A DNA stretch of 64,000 nt from Felis catus (GCF_018350175.1 NC_058369.1:117614001-117678000), one strand, 5' to 3'; positions 25,628 through 39,286 are shown, counted from the first letter of the stretch. Notes: generated by a model from the letters alone, not told the origin. Numbers and translations are program-made.

Positions 25628-27772
25628 GAGTTGGGGTGGGCTTGACCCCACTTCACTATACACTCCAGGACTACGTTCCAAGAAGTCCACGAACATTCTC
25701 CATTAGCTGGTAGCTGAAAGAAAACCGAACTTCTAACGAGGGACCTGAGTTTCAGTCACCAATTCACAACTGACCGAGCAAATTACTTAGTCTCTCTAGT
25801 TCCCAGTTTCTTTACCGTGAAAGAGGCGTGTTGGATAGCTTTGTCTTTGATTCCCTTTCAATTCAGACAGTCTGTGATTTTCAGAGCTAAACAGGGTTAG
25901 ATAAAAGAGCAGGCCAACTCACTTCCAAAAAATTCTGATCCCTGGACCAGGTCCCTAGGAGGAAGACATTATTCATAACGCATCCTCCCCACACTCTTCA
26001 AGTGGGGAGGGGAAGACAAGACCTGCATCTGGTCTGAATGCAACGGGAACTGAAGCCTGCCCTATCACTCTAGTTAAAAGACTCTGCTGTAGCCGTGAGC
26101 GCCAAAGTCGTCAACGTGGCTTTGGAGGTAAATCAAAACCAAGTATGCAGAAGATCAAAAGCTTTACTCCTCAGAGACCAGCAAAAGGCACATTTCCCGG
26201 ACACTCTTCCCTATGGAATTTAAGATCTTCTGATATCTTGCCTAATTTAGACCCCAAACCCTAATAACTTCAGGCTGGAAATAGTCCTAGATCAATAAAT
26301 AGCCAAATCATAGTAAATCAGAAAACAATGTTCACAGCACTGAAAATCTCTTTATCATGGCAGCATCTATACGTATTAACTGTGTTTATTACTCATAACA
26401 TATGAAGAGTGCGAGGGTTTAATGTGTCATTCCACGAGTTTTTAATCTTTAACACAGACTCTTTATAATCAAGTTCAAAAACTTTCCTCAGTGGTTCCAT
26501 GTCTTTAGAGAAACAGAACATCTGTCAAGAGAAAGACTTTAAAGCATGTTTTCAACAAGTAAGAAATAAAGCCATTGTGAAGAAAAGATGAGGTTTTAAA
26601 AAACATTTGTTAAGCTATATTAGCACTGGCTTTCAAACCCCATACTGTGACATTCTTATATTCTGTATTAATTCCTATTTGCACATGTTATAAAGATCTC
26701 GAGGAATCTCAGCCAATAGATTTCTTCTAATCAGCAGAGGTACAAAAGGAGGACAGCAAGAAAACTCATTCATCAGAAGTAATACTATTTGGGAATAAGA
26801 CAAAATTTTTCAAATTTCCGCATTAGAGCGCCACCTTCGCAATGTTGTGCCTTTCCAAAGTACTCACTAGAATATTAATTACCTAACATTTAACGTTAAG
26901 CTCATACTGAACAATGAAATCTATGAAATGACAAGTTCCACATGAAAGGTATTTCTTCTCAAACCCATTAAACTCTATAATAACCATCAACAATATTCAG
27001 TTCAGAGCCCCTTAAAATTCCGCGTCATGCACTTGGACATACAGCTGACCTGTAACTTTCAAAGTTTGTTGGCCACCATCTGGCTTTCGTCATCCATCCA
27101 CTTATTAAGTATTCCGTTAATGTAAATACAGAATAAATAGAGATGCAAAGGGAACATCGTACAGTTCCTGCCATGATAGCCATCATAGGGTGGGAAGAAA
27201 AACAAAAGAATTAAAACCACGGTAGTGCACCTGCTGGCATAATCAAAACGTGTGTAAGACACCTGGAGAGCAGAAGAGAGCGCACTTAGTTCTGGGGAAG
27301 CTTCCTGAAAGCGGTGGCATCTGAGTTCGGGCATCTGCTAGCTGTAGGATGTTGAGAAATGACTCAGGCTCTCTGAACCATACAGAGTGATAAGCTTTCC
27401 GTGACACAATGTATCTAGAACAACAGTGGCTCTCAAACGTTCTGCCTTAAGGGCCCCTTTACACTCTGAAAAATTTACTGAGCATTGCAAAGAGCTGATT
27501 TTTATCTGTCGGCACTGATTGTATTAGAATTTAAAACTGGGAATTGCAAAGTATTTACCGTTCGTTAAAATAACAATAAGGGCATGTTAACATAAATAGC
27601 ATTTTTTCATCTCCCAANNNNNNNNNNNNNNNNNNNNNNNNNNNNNNNNNNNNNNNNNNNNNNNNNNNNNNNNNNNNNNNNNNNNNNNNNNNNNNNNNNN
27701 NNNNNNNNNNNNNNNNNNNNNNNNNNNNNNNNNNNNNNNNNNNNNNNNNNNNNNNNNNNNNNNNNNNNNNNN

Positions 27773-27925
27773 ATTGTTGTTTAATGGTATGGTTTTACTG
27801 ATGCAGGATGAAAAGACTTGTACGGATCGATTGCGCAATAATGTGAATGCACCGCATTCCTGAACTATACGCTTCAATATGGTGATGACTGTAAATTTTA
27901 TGTTATATGTATTTTACCACAATTA
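27773..27925 (+). mobile_element. L1 3' end nested in the Charlie element
   Basis: aatgtgaatgca...gtaaattttatgttatatgtattttaccacaatt. Confidence 0.8.
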
Positions 27926-28135
27926 AATTTTTTAAAAAAATTTATGTTTGTTTATCTTTGAGAGAGAGAGTGCAAGTGAGGGAGGGGCAGAGAGAGAGGG
28001 AGACACAGAATCTGAAGCAGGCTCCAGGCTCCGAGCTGTCAGCACAGAGCCCGACGTGGGTCAAATCCATGAACCGTGAGATCATGACCTGAGCCGTAGC
28101 CAGACGCTTAACCCACTGAGTCACCCGGGCGCCCC
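27926..28135 (-). mobile_element. Felid CAN-SINE
   Basis: Reverse-strand SINE ending gtcacccgggcgcccc. Confidence 0.95.
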
Positions 28136-29658
28136 ATAGTTATTTTTTTTAATTAAGTTGAGTAATAGGAATGGCATGATTTTACAGTTTTGCAGATCTA
28201 ATTTTTCTTTTTGTCTAACTTACCACAGCTGGATTCTCATATCTGCTGCTACTTTCATTCTGCTGAGATACATTGTTTTGATTGTCTACCATCATGATTA
28301 AGTGGTTAAAAGGGAAAACATTTTGGTAATTTTATCAGATAATTGTGGATCTTCTTCTTTGATACTACACCGACATTCAACAAGTGGTAATTTCTTAAAG
28401 GTTAGTTATACTATAGAGTCTGAAACCATAAAAATTAACTTTTGATACTTCATTACATTAAAATCCATTTTCTACTTTGCACCTTACGTGACTCTTTCAC
28501 CCATGCATGATTTCTTCACATTGACTGTTGGTTGTTGGGGAAATGTTGGTTCACTCTTCCAAATGTTATCCCATTTAATATTACAATATCTAAGGTATTG
28601 CATGCTTTACTATCACCTCTGATGTCATCAGAAAAGTCTTTAAATATTCTGAATTTATCAAGCCCATGGTGCTGAATACAAGTTTTCCAAAATTCCAATT
28701 TTCTCTTGAAAGCTTACATTCATTATTAGCCATACATACAATCAGTGACTTCTTTGACATAAAAAGCATATTTTGTTTATTCTCATAAAAAAGACCCACT
28801 ACATCTGCCACGTTTAAATATCCACAGTGTGTGTGTTATTCTTGCAGGCAAAAGGGGGACTCCGTGGAGGAAGTGACTGTTCAGCTCCGGGCTCAGAGTA
28901 TCTCCCAAGACCTTTCCTTGAGACAACTGTACTTCAAGGTACAGGAGAAGCCTTAACGCTCATGTCCCATGTTGTCACGCAGAGCATTAAAAAGATGTAC
29001 ACTTAAGGGTCAGGTTTTAATACAATGAATAATTTTTACACGTTCATCAAGGGTGTTCCTAAGTAAAAGTGGCTTTTTTCCCTCTGTAAGTACATGGTGG
29101 TGAACACATGCTCACTAGTACAATTTGGTGCCTGGCCTTGATTTATGCTAAGGAGCCAGCGAGCTGACCCGCCATTGTTTTTGTACCTTCAGTGTAAATG
29201 CCAGGACAGTGAAACAGGCAAATAACATCTTACTATTAGTATGAAAACACTTTGATCTTGTGGATTCCCAGGAAACAGTCCATGGACCATGCCTTGAGAG
29301 CCTCTGATCTAGAGGCCTTTTTATTTAAATCTTCATTTTTAAGTATTCTAACAGAAATGTTCCAATTCCTAAGTATACATGAAGATTGCAAAAGTAGATG
29401 AAGACCACATGAAGTATTGTAATGCTTGAACACAATTATTCTGAAAGGGATTCTAGACTGAAGATGCCTTAGCATGGTACCTTCGATACTAAGGAGAAAA
29501 TTAAAGCAAGTGCCATATCAGGCATAGAGCAATAAAACAAAAACTATCCAAGCTGGTTACTCTGAGAGACATCTCTAAGAGAGGTTTATAGTTTCTAAGT
29601 GTTTCTTTTCTTTAAAAAGAAAATGATGTTTTTCTTCCCCCCAAAAAAGTTTAACCTA

Positions 29659-29882
29659 GGGGCGCCTGCGTGGCGCAGTCGGTAAGCGCCCGACTTCAGC
29701 CAGGTCACGATCTCGCGGTCCATGAGTTCGAGCCCCGCGTCGGGCTCTGGGCTGATGGCTCAGAGCCTGGAGACTGTTTCTGATTCTGTGTCTCCCTCTC
29801 TCTCTGACCCTCCCCCGTTCATGCTCTGTCTCTCTCTGTCCCAAAAATAAATAAACGTTGAAAAAAAAAATTTTTGAAAAAA
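29659..29882 (+). mobile_element. Young felid SINE
   Basis: Perfect 16-bp TSD AAAAAAGTTTAACCTA at 29643 and 29883. Confidence 0.95.
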
Positions 29883-30741
29883 AAAAAAGTTTAACCTAAA
29901 GAAAGGAAACCCCCCATTGTTATTCATATTATTCATATTTTTTCTTAATGTAGGCAGCAGTCATGGCTTTCACAAGCAATGACAACAGAAACTTTTCTTA
30001 AAATAGCACAGGCTTTCCAACCTCAAAACCTATAAGGACTGCTGGATTTCAAGGAATAAAATCATTGGAAGGTTACTACATTTGTCGTATTTCAAACTGA
30101 GTGTGTAAATAATAAAGGTCTAACTCAAAAAACAAGGCCGATAATTCCGTGGTGACCAGCCAGACTCCTATTCCCATCATTTATTCGGATGTTGATAGAC
30201 TTCCCCAGGAAGCCTGGGAAAATAACAGAAGTAACTCAACTTTCCCCAAGAGAGAAGCCTTCATTTTTCCTTNNNNNNNNNNNNNNNNNNNNNNNNNNNN
30301 NNNNNNNNNNNNNNNNNNNNNNNNNNNNNNNNNNNNNNNNNNNNNNNNNNNNNNNNNNNNNNNNNNNNNNNNNNNNNNNNNNNNNNNNNNNNNNNNNNNN
30401 NNNNGCTTTTTTCTCCCTTTAGTCAAGAAGATAAATGGAGAAATTCTTTATATTTCAACTTCCATTACACATTTGTTTTTAATCTGGGAAAATTCATGTC
30501 TGCCTACTGTACCTCCATATCAAAGACTGATATGTCAGCGTTAGCTTCTGCTCCTCTCACCATGAGTTTCTTTTAAGAATACAATTTTTTTAGGAGTGAG
30601 ATTACTGCAAAAATCAATTGGTCCCAAACAGTTATAAGTCAGATACTGAGTTCAGTTCTCTTTTAGTGTAGCTGTGTGCTGTTAGACTGAACAGCAATTA
30701 GGCAGATCAAATGTCTTCATGTTTCACTAATCCCTTCTCCC

Positions 30742-31217
30742 TTTTTTTAAAATTTATTTATTTTTTAATTTACCTCCGAGTTAGTTAGCATATAGTGCAA
30801 CAATGATTTTGGGGGGTAGATTCCTTAATACTCCTTACCCATTTAGCCCATCCCCCCTCCCACAACCCCTCCAGTAACCCTCTGTTCCCCATATTTAAGA
30901 GTCTCTTATGGTTTGTCCCCCTCCCTGTTTTTATATTATTTTTGCTTCCCTTCCCTTATGTTCATCTGTTTTGTCTCTTAAAGTCCTCATATGAGTGAAG
31001 TCATATGATATTGGTCTTTCTCTGACTAATTTCACTTAGCATAATACCCTCCAGTTCCATCCACGTAGTTGCAAATGGCAAGTTCATTCTTTTTGATTGC
31101 CAAGTAATACTCCATTGTATATCTATACCACCTCTTCTTTATCCATTCATCTATCGATGGACATTTGGGCTCTTTCCACACTTTGGCTATTGTTGATAGG
31201 GAAGCTATAAACATTGG
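30742..31217 (-). mobile_element. 5'-truncated carnivore/felid L1 3' end
   Basis: ORF 31032-31214 (MFIASLSTIAKVWKEPKCPSIDEWIKK); degenerate TSD taatcccttctccc / taaccccttcccc. Confidence 0.9.
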
Positions 31218-31284
31218 TAACCCCTTCCCCTTTTAAACAGTTTCTAAAAATTAATAGTCATGACTTGTCATAAACACCCCACAG

Positions 31285-31287
31285 ACA

Positions 31288-31329
<42 letters not shown>
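31285..31329. repeat. (CA)n microsatellite
   Basis: Directly visible. Confidence 0.9.
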
Positions 31330-32338
31330 TTATAATATTCTTTGCAAAGCCTTTAAGTCTCAACATTGGGAGCTACTGATTCTGTTGGGTCAAGATGACA
31401 GTTTTGTTGGTGGCACTTGATAAACTCGATAAGACACCCTTCTATTTAAAACCCTCTGATGTCTTCCCATTGTTCTCAGATCACTACGTGAAGTCTTACC
31501 ATGGTCCACAAAGTTCTGCTTGCAGCCCCATCAAGAGGATATTCAGCCCAGGTGACACACAAAAAAATGTTTTCGGAACCCCCCAGGATGAACAGGTTAA
31601 AACCTTTGCAAGCAACTTTGATTTTGGCAAGGCCCATTCCAAACCTTTGTACTACATACTGACTTCCCACCACTCTACTTTCCCTATGTGTATGACCAGC
31701 CTGTTTATCACCCACCCCACCACCTGTCCCAGCCTCCTCCCCCACCAGCTGCCCATTCCCAGCCTCCCTGAACTACAGCTCTGCCCCAAATAGTCTTCAT
31801 GTCTGTTTTTCCCAATCAAATCCTACTCAACTGTCAAGTCTTGGCAGAAAGAGTCAATAAAGAAATCTTGCCAGGTTCTGCCTCATGCACCCTCACAGAC
31901 TGTAACCTTCCTCGGCAGACCTCCTCACACTGACCACATGGTAGATAAGTGGCTGTTGAGTTAGTCTGGTTTTAAATGTCTGTCTCCCACTAAGCCTCAT
32001 AAAAGCAGAGACTGGATCTGTTTGGCTAGTATAACCTCCCCAAAGCCTAGAAGAGAAACTATACGTGGGCCCTCAGAAAGCATTCCTTCCTTGTGGGACA
32101 AAGTTCTTAATAAGGAGAAACTTCTCCTAAACTAAACTTTACATTGGAGTGGAAGCCTCTGAAGCAAATTCAGGGAGGGCTTTGGAGGAGGAAAATCTTT
32201 ATTCTCTGCTGGATGTAAGGGAGAGAAAAGGAAGAGGCTGAGGATCTTTAGGATGGTCCCTCCCCTTAGAGTTGTGAGGCCTGGCTCAACAGGACAGATG
32301 GAGGCCCCAAAACCAGCTATCTAAATATTTATAAGCTT

Positions 32339-32553
32339 GGGGAACCTGGGTGGCTCAGCTAGTTAAGTATCTGGCTCTTGGTTTCAGCTAAGGTCATGAT
32401 CTCAATGTTCGTGAGTTCGAGCCCTGCATCAGGCTCTACATTGGCAGCATAGAGCCTGATTGGGATTCTCTCTCTCCTTCTCTCCCTGTCTCTTCCTTGC
32501 TCATGCTCACTCACTCTCTCTCTCTCTCAAAATAAATTTAAAAACTTAAAAAA
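32339..32553 (+). mobile_element. Older carnivore SINE (SINEC_Fc2-like)
   Basis: TSD taaatatttataagctt / taaatatttattagctt. Confidence 0.93.
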
Positions 32554-32728
32554 TAAATATTTATTAGCTTAAAATCAAGCTAATGAACAATCAAATGAAA
32601 TAACTTCTATCCTCTTATTCTGAAAAATATGCCTTCAAAGTAAACCGGAAGTCTGAGTAATCAAACATAATGAAATATAGAGACTTCAATCAAGTTGGGG
32701 GTTTTTTTGCACCCAAATTATCCACATT

Positions 32729-32948
32729 TAAATTTTTTTTACTGTTTATTTATATTTGAGACAGAGAGAGAGAGATAGAGTGTGAGTGGGGGAGGGGCAG
32801 GTTAGGGATGGGGGAGACAGAATCCGAAGCAGGCTCCAGGCTCTGAGCTGTCAGACAGAGCCCGATGTGGGGCTCGAACTCACAAGCTGTAAGATCATAA
32901 CCTGAGCTGAAGTCGGACACTCAACCGACTAAACCACCCGGGCACCCC
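32729..32948 (-). mobile_element. Felid CAN-SINE
   Basis: TSD aaattatccacatt / aagttatccatatt. Confidence 0.93.
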
Positions 32949-33052
32949 AAGTTATCCATATTGTAAAACGCTTTAATAGGAAACAATTATTTTCTTCATT
33001 GTCTAAATACACACAACACACACAGAGTTCATAGATCTCCATTAGGAATGAT

Positions 33053-33281
33053 GGGGCGCCTGGGTGGCGCAGTCGGTTAAGCGTCCAACTTCGGCCAGGT
33101 CACTATCTCGCGGTCCGGGAGTTCAAGCCCCGCGTCAGGCTCTGGGCTGATGGCTCAGAGCCTGGAGCCTGTTTCCGGTTCTGTGTCTCCCTCTCTCTCT
33201 GCCCCTCCCCCGTTCATGCTCTGTCTCTCTCTGTCCCAAAAATAAATAAACGTTGAAAAAAAATTAAAAAAAAAAAAAAAA
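33053..33281 (+). mobile_element. Young felid SINE
   Basis: ggggcgcctgggtggcgcagtcgg head, long A tail, flanks aggaatgat / aggaatgaat. Confidence 0.95.
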
Positions 33282-35034
33282 GGAATGAATGGTGCCCATT
33301 GTTTTAAAAAACAAAAACAAAAAACAAACCTGATTTCCAGGACGCTCAGAATCCAGTTCTATTGAACAGTGAAACCAACATGCGGACAAATTGAAATTCC
33401 TGCCTGTAAAGAAATTGCTCTTCTCACAATTGTTTTTCCCCTTTCTCCCCAAAAAAGTCCGGCTCTGCTTTCCCCCTTGGACACTTTTCAACTCTGTATC
33501 CCGTCCTTGGTGGCTCCCAAGAGTGAAGGGTCTTCAAATCTCAGACATCTATTCACCATGTCCTTCCAAGGACCACAATGAGTGCTTTGCAGGTTATCTT
33601 GGGATGAGGGCTCTCAGAAGCAGGGACATTTACCACATGTAACACAGGTATGCCTCACTCTACAAAGGGAGTGTGATCTGGAAGCCCTGAGTTCCCAGTA
33701 GCTCTCGTTCCCCTCTGTCTTCCCTTTCCCGTGAAGAGAATGCTCACCTTCATTTAGGGTGGTCACTTCATCAAAGGCCTTTAATTTCACCCTTTCTCCT
33801 TCTTCCTGTCAAGTATTCACCGCAACACTCATTCAAACACTCCATGAAGAACTCTAATAGATGGGTTATAACTAACTCTAAAAGGATCCATGAATCCCGT
33901 TGAAAAGTGAGACAATCTGTGGCAACACAAATACCAATCTTGCACAGCACTTGTGTCGTCCAATTCTGACCGGCCGGCCGGGAATACAAGCACGGCCCAG
34001 AGAAACGCTTGCCCGTGCTTCTTTTTGCTGACTTGGTACTGCACTTACTACCTTTTTGTGTGTGAAGACGAAAAACACACCCCAAAAATGAACTTGAAAG
34101 AATCAGAAATTTCCAAGTGTTGGACTGATAGCAATGATCGGGAACTGCTTTCAATGCCATTTACCTCTGCGGGGGCTACTGGTCATAACAGGACACCTGT
34201 TGCTTCTTTTCCTTTATAATTTCCCTCCTCCTTAAATTTGTCTGAAGTGCCTTCCCAGGCTGGAACCTGCTACATCACCAGTAAGGGAGGGAAGAAGGAT
34301 AAAAATTCCAAGGTGAGATGTATTAAACACAGACGTATTTTTCACCTTCTCCTTTTGGCTCCGCCTCCAGAGGGACTAATGCCTAATGATTCCAGGAAGC
34401 GAAAGCAATTAAATTTCACTTGGTGTAAAGTTGAAGAAATTGTCCCATGTGAAAAGAATGTTTCTTTGCCACATTCCATCAGCGGCAATAAACAGGCAGA
34501 TTTCACTGGTTTTGATATAGTAGTGTGAGCTTTCACAAGGCTCAGGTTGATTTCATTTTAAAAAGTGGAATTTATGGGNNNNNNNNNNNNNNNNNNNNNN
34601 NNNNNNNNNNNNNNNNNNNNNNNNNNNNNNNNNNNNNNNNNNNNNNNNNNNNNNNNNNNNNNNNNNNNNNNNNNNNNNNNNNNNNNNNNNNNNNNNNNNN
34701 NNNNNNNNNNNNNNNNNNNNNNNNNNNNNNNNNNNNNNNNNNNNNNNNNNNNNNNNNNNNNNNNNNNNNNNNNNNNNNNNNNNNNNNNNNNNNNNNNNNN
34801 NNNNNNNATTAGGAATTTGCATCCACATTCAAACTACTGATTTTTTAATTTAATGCAGAGCAACTTCAAACACACTATTGAACAAATCTAAAAGCGACAG
34901 CTTCCAGAGGCCCGGAGGGCATTCAGAGACAAAGCAACGAACCCAGCACAAGGCAAGTCTGGTCCCTCAGTGAGCCTGTCAGGGATGCTTTTGCTTCTTT
35001 GTTGTCGCTTCCCTGAACACGGTGGAGGGTGGAT

Positions 35035-35400
35035 TGTATTAGGGTGACACCAGCTGCTCTAACAAATAACCCTAGTCTCGGTGGCTTGACATGGTGGAAA
35101 TTTTCTTCTTGCTAACCGAACAGCCCAACACGGCATGCCAAGCAAGCTGGACGCTTTCACATGGAAATGCAAAGACCCTAACCGTTTCCATCTCTGACTG
35201 CATCTTCCACAGGGCACTTTGCAGCAAAGAGACAGAGCCTGAAGGCAGAGGTGGTGGCCACCAGGCCTGCTCCCATTCCATGGGCTAGAACTCAGTCGCC
35301 TGACCAAACGAACCACAAGTGAGGCGAGGACCGCACATCCAATCCCGAGAAGGAAAAGAAAAGGGTTTGGCCAACAGCTTGCCAGTCTGTAGATCCCAGC
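35035..35400 (-). mobile_element. Old MaLR LTR (MLT1I/J/K-like)
   Basis: tgtattagggtgacaccagctgctctaacaaataaccc...gtggcttgaca; cccattccatgggctagaactcagtc. Confidence 0.65.
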
Positions 35401-36130
35401 CAACATATTATAAGATTGAGAAGGTTTCCCTCAAACTCTACCACGTTCGGTGCTCAGCATTTGCTTATCCAACGCCTGCAGTGGGCTCTACATAAATCAT
35501 TCTACTAAAGGTCCTGGCAGTTTCCGGAGGGGACTAATGGTGCCGCAAAGCCATTGGACTTCAGAGGCTTTTTCCTGATCTCAGCTCCAAAGCCTGTACC
35601 TTTATTTGTGAAAGCTGTAAAATGGGACAAATGATGAAGACAGCTCTCCACGTGGAGACAGCATATTGGCCAATTCAAGCTCTGGAACTATGTACAAGCT
35701 TTACTGTCAGAAGTCCTCTTTGCATTTTACTCTATTTTACTTTTCTCCTGAGGCTTTTATTTCTCCACCAGGGAACTTCCTGCAAACTTAAGACTTAACA
35801 CGTAATTTTGGAAAAAAAAAAATCTTTCCACACTGTTTCATTGCCTATGTGTAGGCATCATACTCCGACCTACAGGGGATACAGCAGTATGAGCCAGGTT
35901 CCCTCAAGAACATGTCCACCCAGAAAAGATAAGTTAAAATATAAATAACTGAAGGTTGTGTGTGTGGGTTCTTCCTCCCCCACTCTGGGCCTGGTTCTCC
36001 TACAGTCTACGTGAGCAGCCAATCTCTGTACCACCATCGGATACGATCTTACTTGATCATCTTATTATAATTGACTATTGACCTGTCAGCTTCCTCCATT
36101 ACACTATAAATCCATGAAGGAAAGAATCTT

Positions 36131-36348
36131 CTTTTTTTAAGTTTATTTATTTATTTTGAGAGAGAGAGAGAGAGACAGAGAGAGCAAGGGAGGGGCAGAG
36201 AGAGAGAGAGAGAGAGAGAGAATTCCAAGCAGGTTCCATGCTGTCAGTGTGGAGTCCAACACAGGGCTCAAAATCTTGAACCAGGAGATCGTGACCTGAG
36301 CCAAAATTAAGAGTCAGATGCTTAACTGACTGAGCCACCAAGCACCCC
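36131..36348 (-). mobile_element. Older carnivore SINE inside an L2 3' remnant
   Basis: Reverse SINE with (AG)n; flanks gaaagaatctt / gaaagggatctt. Confidence 0.92.
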
Positions 36349-36949
36349 AGAAAGGGATCTTCTGTATCTATCTTGCTTACCCCCAGCACATACCCCAGTC
36401 TCTGGCTCCTAACAGGTACTTGCGAAGTGTGTGTGGACTGGGATTGAGCTGAATGCAAGTCAGGAAAAGATAGGTTCCATAAGACAGTAAAAGAATCAAA
36501 GAGCTACTAGTGTTCAAAAGACAGAACCGTGCATCTGGCTCAAGGGGGGCAGGGAGAGGGGGGACGGTTTCCTGAAGCATTTGAAGTGAACTTTAAAGGA
36601 AGGATAGAGTTTCAACAAGCAGAATTTCAGCGGTGGATCGCCCGCAGAGGAGCGGCGTCCATAAACATTCAGAGGTGGAAAAGCAAAGATGAAATTGAGG
36701 AACAGCCAGCATTCTTGCTTATTGTGCACTTAAAGTGTGCAAAGGGAAGGATAAGAGACAGGAATGGGAAGTGACTCTTCTAGAAAGGGCTGATCCTCAG
36801 GCTGGCAAGTTTCAATTTTATTCCGTGGGCCAGAGGGAGCTGGGGGAGGCCTGGGTACCAGGAGGAACAGTCTGCCAGGTGGGCGAGAGGTGGAGCGTGT
36901 GGGTGAGAGGCTGGAGGAGGAGACGCCTCTGGCCAGGCCTGAGAAAATG

Positions 36950-37270
36950 CAGGTGAACGGCCCCAGGGCCCTAGCTGAGGCAAGGGGCAGTGAGGAGGCA
37001 CAGGGCAGGTGGGGCTGGAGGTACCAGCAGAGGAAGAGCCAACTGTTCTTGAAAACAGGTCAGAGTGTCAGGAACGATGACAAGGCCAAAGCGCTAGGGG
37101 AATGACAATGCGGTGCTACCTCAAGAGGCACTGGAGACAGAAATACTGATATGGTGACTGAGGACAGGATGAAAATGTGGGTTTGAGACACTTTGAGCTT
37201 AAAGTGCTCAGGAGAGCCCGGGCAGGGATGTGGGGAGGTAGGCCGTCCAAATGGAGCTAAGGGGAGCTGA
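36950..37270 (-). mobile_element. LINE-2 remnant
   Basis: gtcaggaacgatgacaagg...gggtttgagacactttgagcttaaagtgc. Confidence 0.55.
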
Positions 37271-39286
37271 GAAGGCAGGACAGCGAGGGCCAGGTGGGCC
37301 CAGCGGGGAGGGGGGACCACTTGGCCCAGACCTTGGATCCGTGGAATTTTGCAAACTGAGACTTGATGCTGCCTTTAAAGGAGTTTATATGTACAGTCCC
37401 TGAGTTTGTGTGGGTGTTGAAAATTTGGTAAGTATAAACTTGCAAGATACATCGCAATTTTGCAGCCCTACCGGGATATTTATTCACTGTCCTCATATGC
37501 ACGGAGACTTATTTAAAGAAAGAAAGAAAGAAGAAAGAAAGAAAGAAAGGTCTTCTAATAGCTCTGGCTCGGTGTCCCCTCATAACCCACACTCACCTCC
37601 AACTGTAGCAATCTCTCCGCTGAACGATAATTGCCGTATCTTCCTCCATCTCCCCGCTGTCTGAGGGATGATGTAGGGTTAAAAGCACAGTGGCCAGCCT
37701 GGCCTCTGGCAGAGAGAAGGCAAAGCAATAAATAAATATTCAGGGAGGGATGGTGAGGAAGAGAGAAGTCATTTACTTTGAATTAATAACTGCAGTTCTC
37801 AAAGTGGAGGAAGGCTATATAGAAGAAAGAAAAGTAGCTTCCTTTCAAAAAGGACAACGAAACCATCCTTGTAGCATTAACAATCTAATCGAACATATGG
37901 TGAGCGCCATCTTCTGTGGGAAGCTTCCTGACAACGTCATGGAGGTTCTGTCCAATTCGGTATGAGGGTGTGGGGTGAAGAGATAGGAAGATCGGGGATA
38001 TTCCACTCCAGTTCTTTTTAACACCTTGAATTCCACTTCTGAGCACAAACAGACGTCCTGAGAAACTCTCTGACCGCCTTTTCTATTCCTTGCTCCCTTT
38101 GGCCCGAGCAAGCATGGATGGAGAAAGAGAGAGGAGGTCAAGATGTGGAAGATTTAAGCAGATCCGAAGATGAACGATGGAAGATCCTGGCTTTTTTCCT
38201 TCCCTATTAAACCCTGAGCAGACTGCTTCAAGAAGAAAGAACAACACGTTGCCCAATTATTATAAGAATATACTTCTGATACACCTGTTTTACTTCCCAA
38301 CGCCGACTTTGATGACCTTAATTTTACCTGCGCTATGGTATAAATTTTCCCTGAGATCTTTATCTCATCCTGACGCCAATTAGCACATGAGTTTCGGCAG
38401 AAGAATCCACAGCAATTTATACACACCTTCGAAGGAAAGGAAAGACTAATCGAAATGAAGACCGTCTCAAAACCAATTGAACAGGTGTGCATTTCCATAA
38501 TGGCTGCACAATTCAGCCATGTNNNNNNNNNNNNNNNNNNNNNNNNNNNNNNNNNNNNNNNNNNNNNNNNNNNNNNNNNNNNNNNNNNNNNNNNNNNNNN
38601 NNNNNNNNNNNNNNNNNNNNNNNNNNNNNNNNNNNNNNNNNNNNNNNNNNNNNNNNNNNNNNNNNNNNNNNNNNNNNNNNNNNNNNGCCATATGCAGCGG
38701 TAAACAGTTCCTTTAAAACTGACTAAAGGATTTGGTGCGACTTTTGAAGGCAATTTATAAAGCTATTCATGTTCCCCTACAGGATCTGCCCTTCAACTAA
38801 CTTCCAGAAAAGTTGTCTTGATAGGTTAATCCTGACCAAGACACGTAGTTCTCTTTGGAGAGGACAGAGGCAGGGAAGAGCAGAAACATATGTTCTGTGA
38901 ATACCTACTATGAGTCAGGCACCAGGACATATGTTAGTGCAGCTCCACGGGGCCTCACACACGGGTCCTGGGCTGTGGGTATAGATCCCAGAGACAACAG
39001 GAGGTCAGAGAGGTTAAGCGGCTCATCCAAAGACAAATGCTCAGTTGTGAACTGGGATGCCAACCCCATCCAGTTGGTTCCAACTTGTGCTATCAATTCA
39101 GACCCATTGGAGAAAAAAATCAGAGAATATTTATGCCACTGTTCCGATCCTGCAAACAGCCCCATTCTGACAATTCTTGCCCCCTTGTCTCTAGAACATG
39201 AGCCTTTCTTGTCTTCCTGATCTCCTTTAAGGGGAGAAGAAGAGGGCTTTGAAATCCCATTGGCAAGAATATAATAGGAATGTTTT

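Larger units (their letters stand above)
27421..29306 (-). mobile_element. hAT DNA transposon, Charlie1/Charlie1a-like, with decayed transposase
   Basis: Termini cagtggctctcaaa ... ttgagagcctctg; 8-bp TSD ATCTAGAA / ATCTAGAG; ORF 28516-28698 (EFWKTCIQHHGLDKFRIFKDFSDDIRGD) resembles Charlie/Buster transposase. Confidence 0.85.

Noticed and set aside
31495-31670. Minus-strand exon ending ATG|GTAAGA
   Set aside because: Good donor, but the upstream AG lacks a pyrimidine tract and no reading frame is recognisable.
38154-38753. 199-aa ORF and other X-containing ORFs
   Set aside because: Length is inflated by N-runs.
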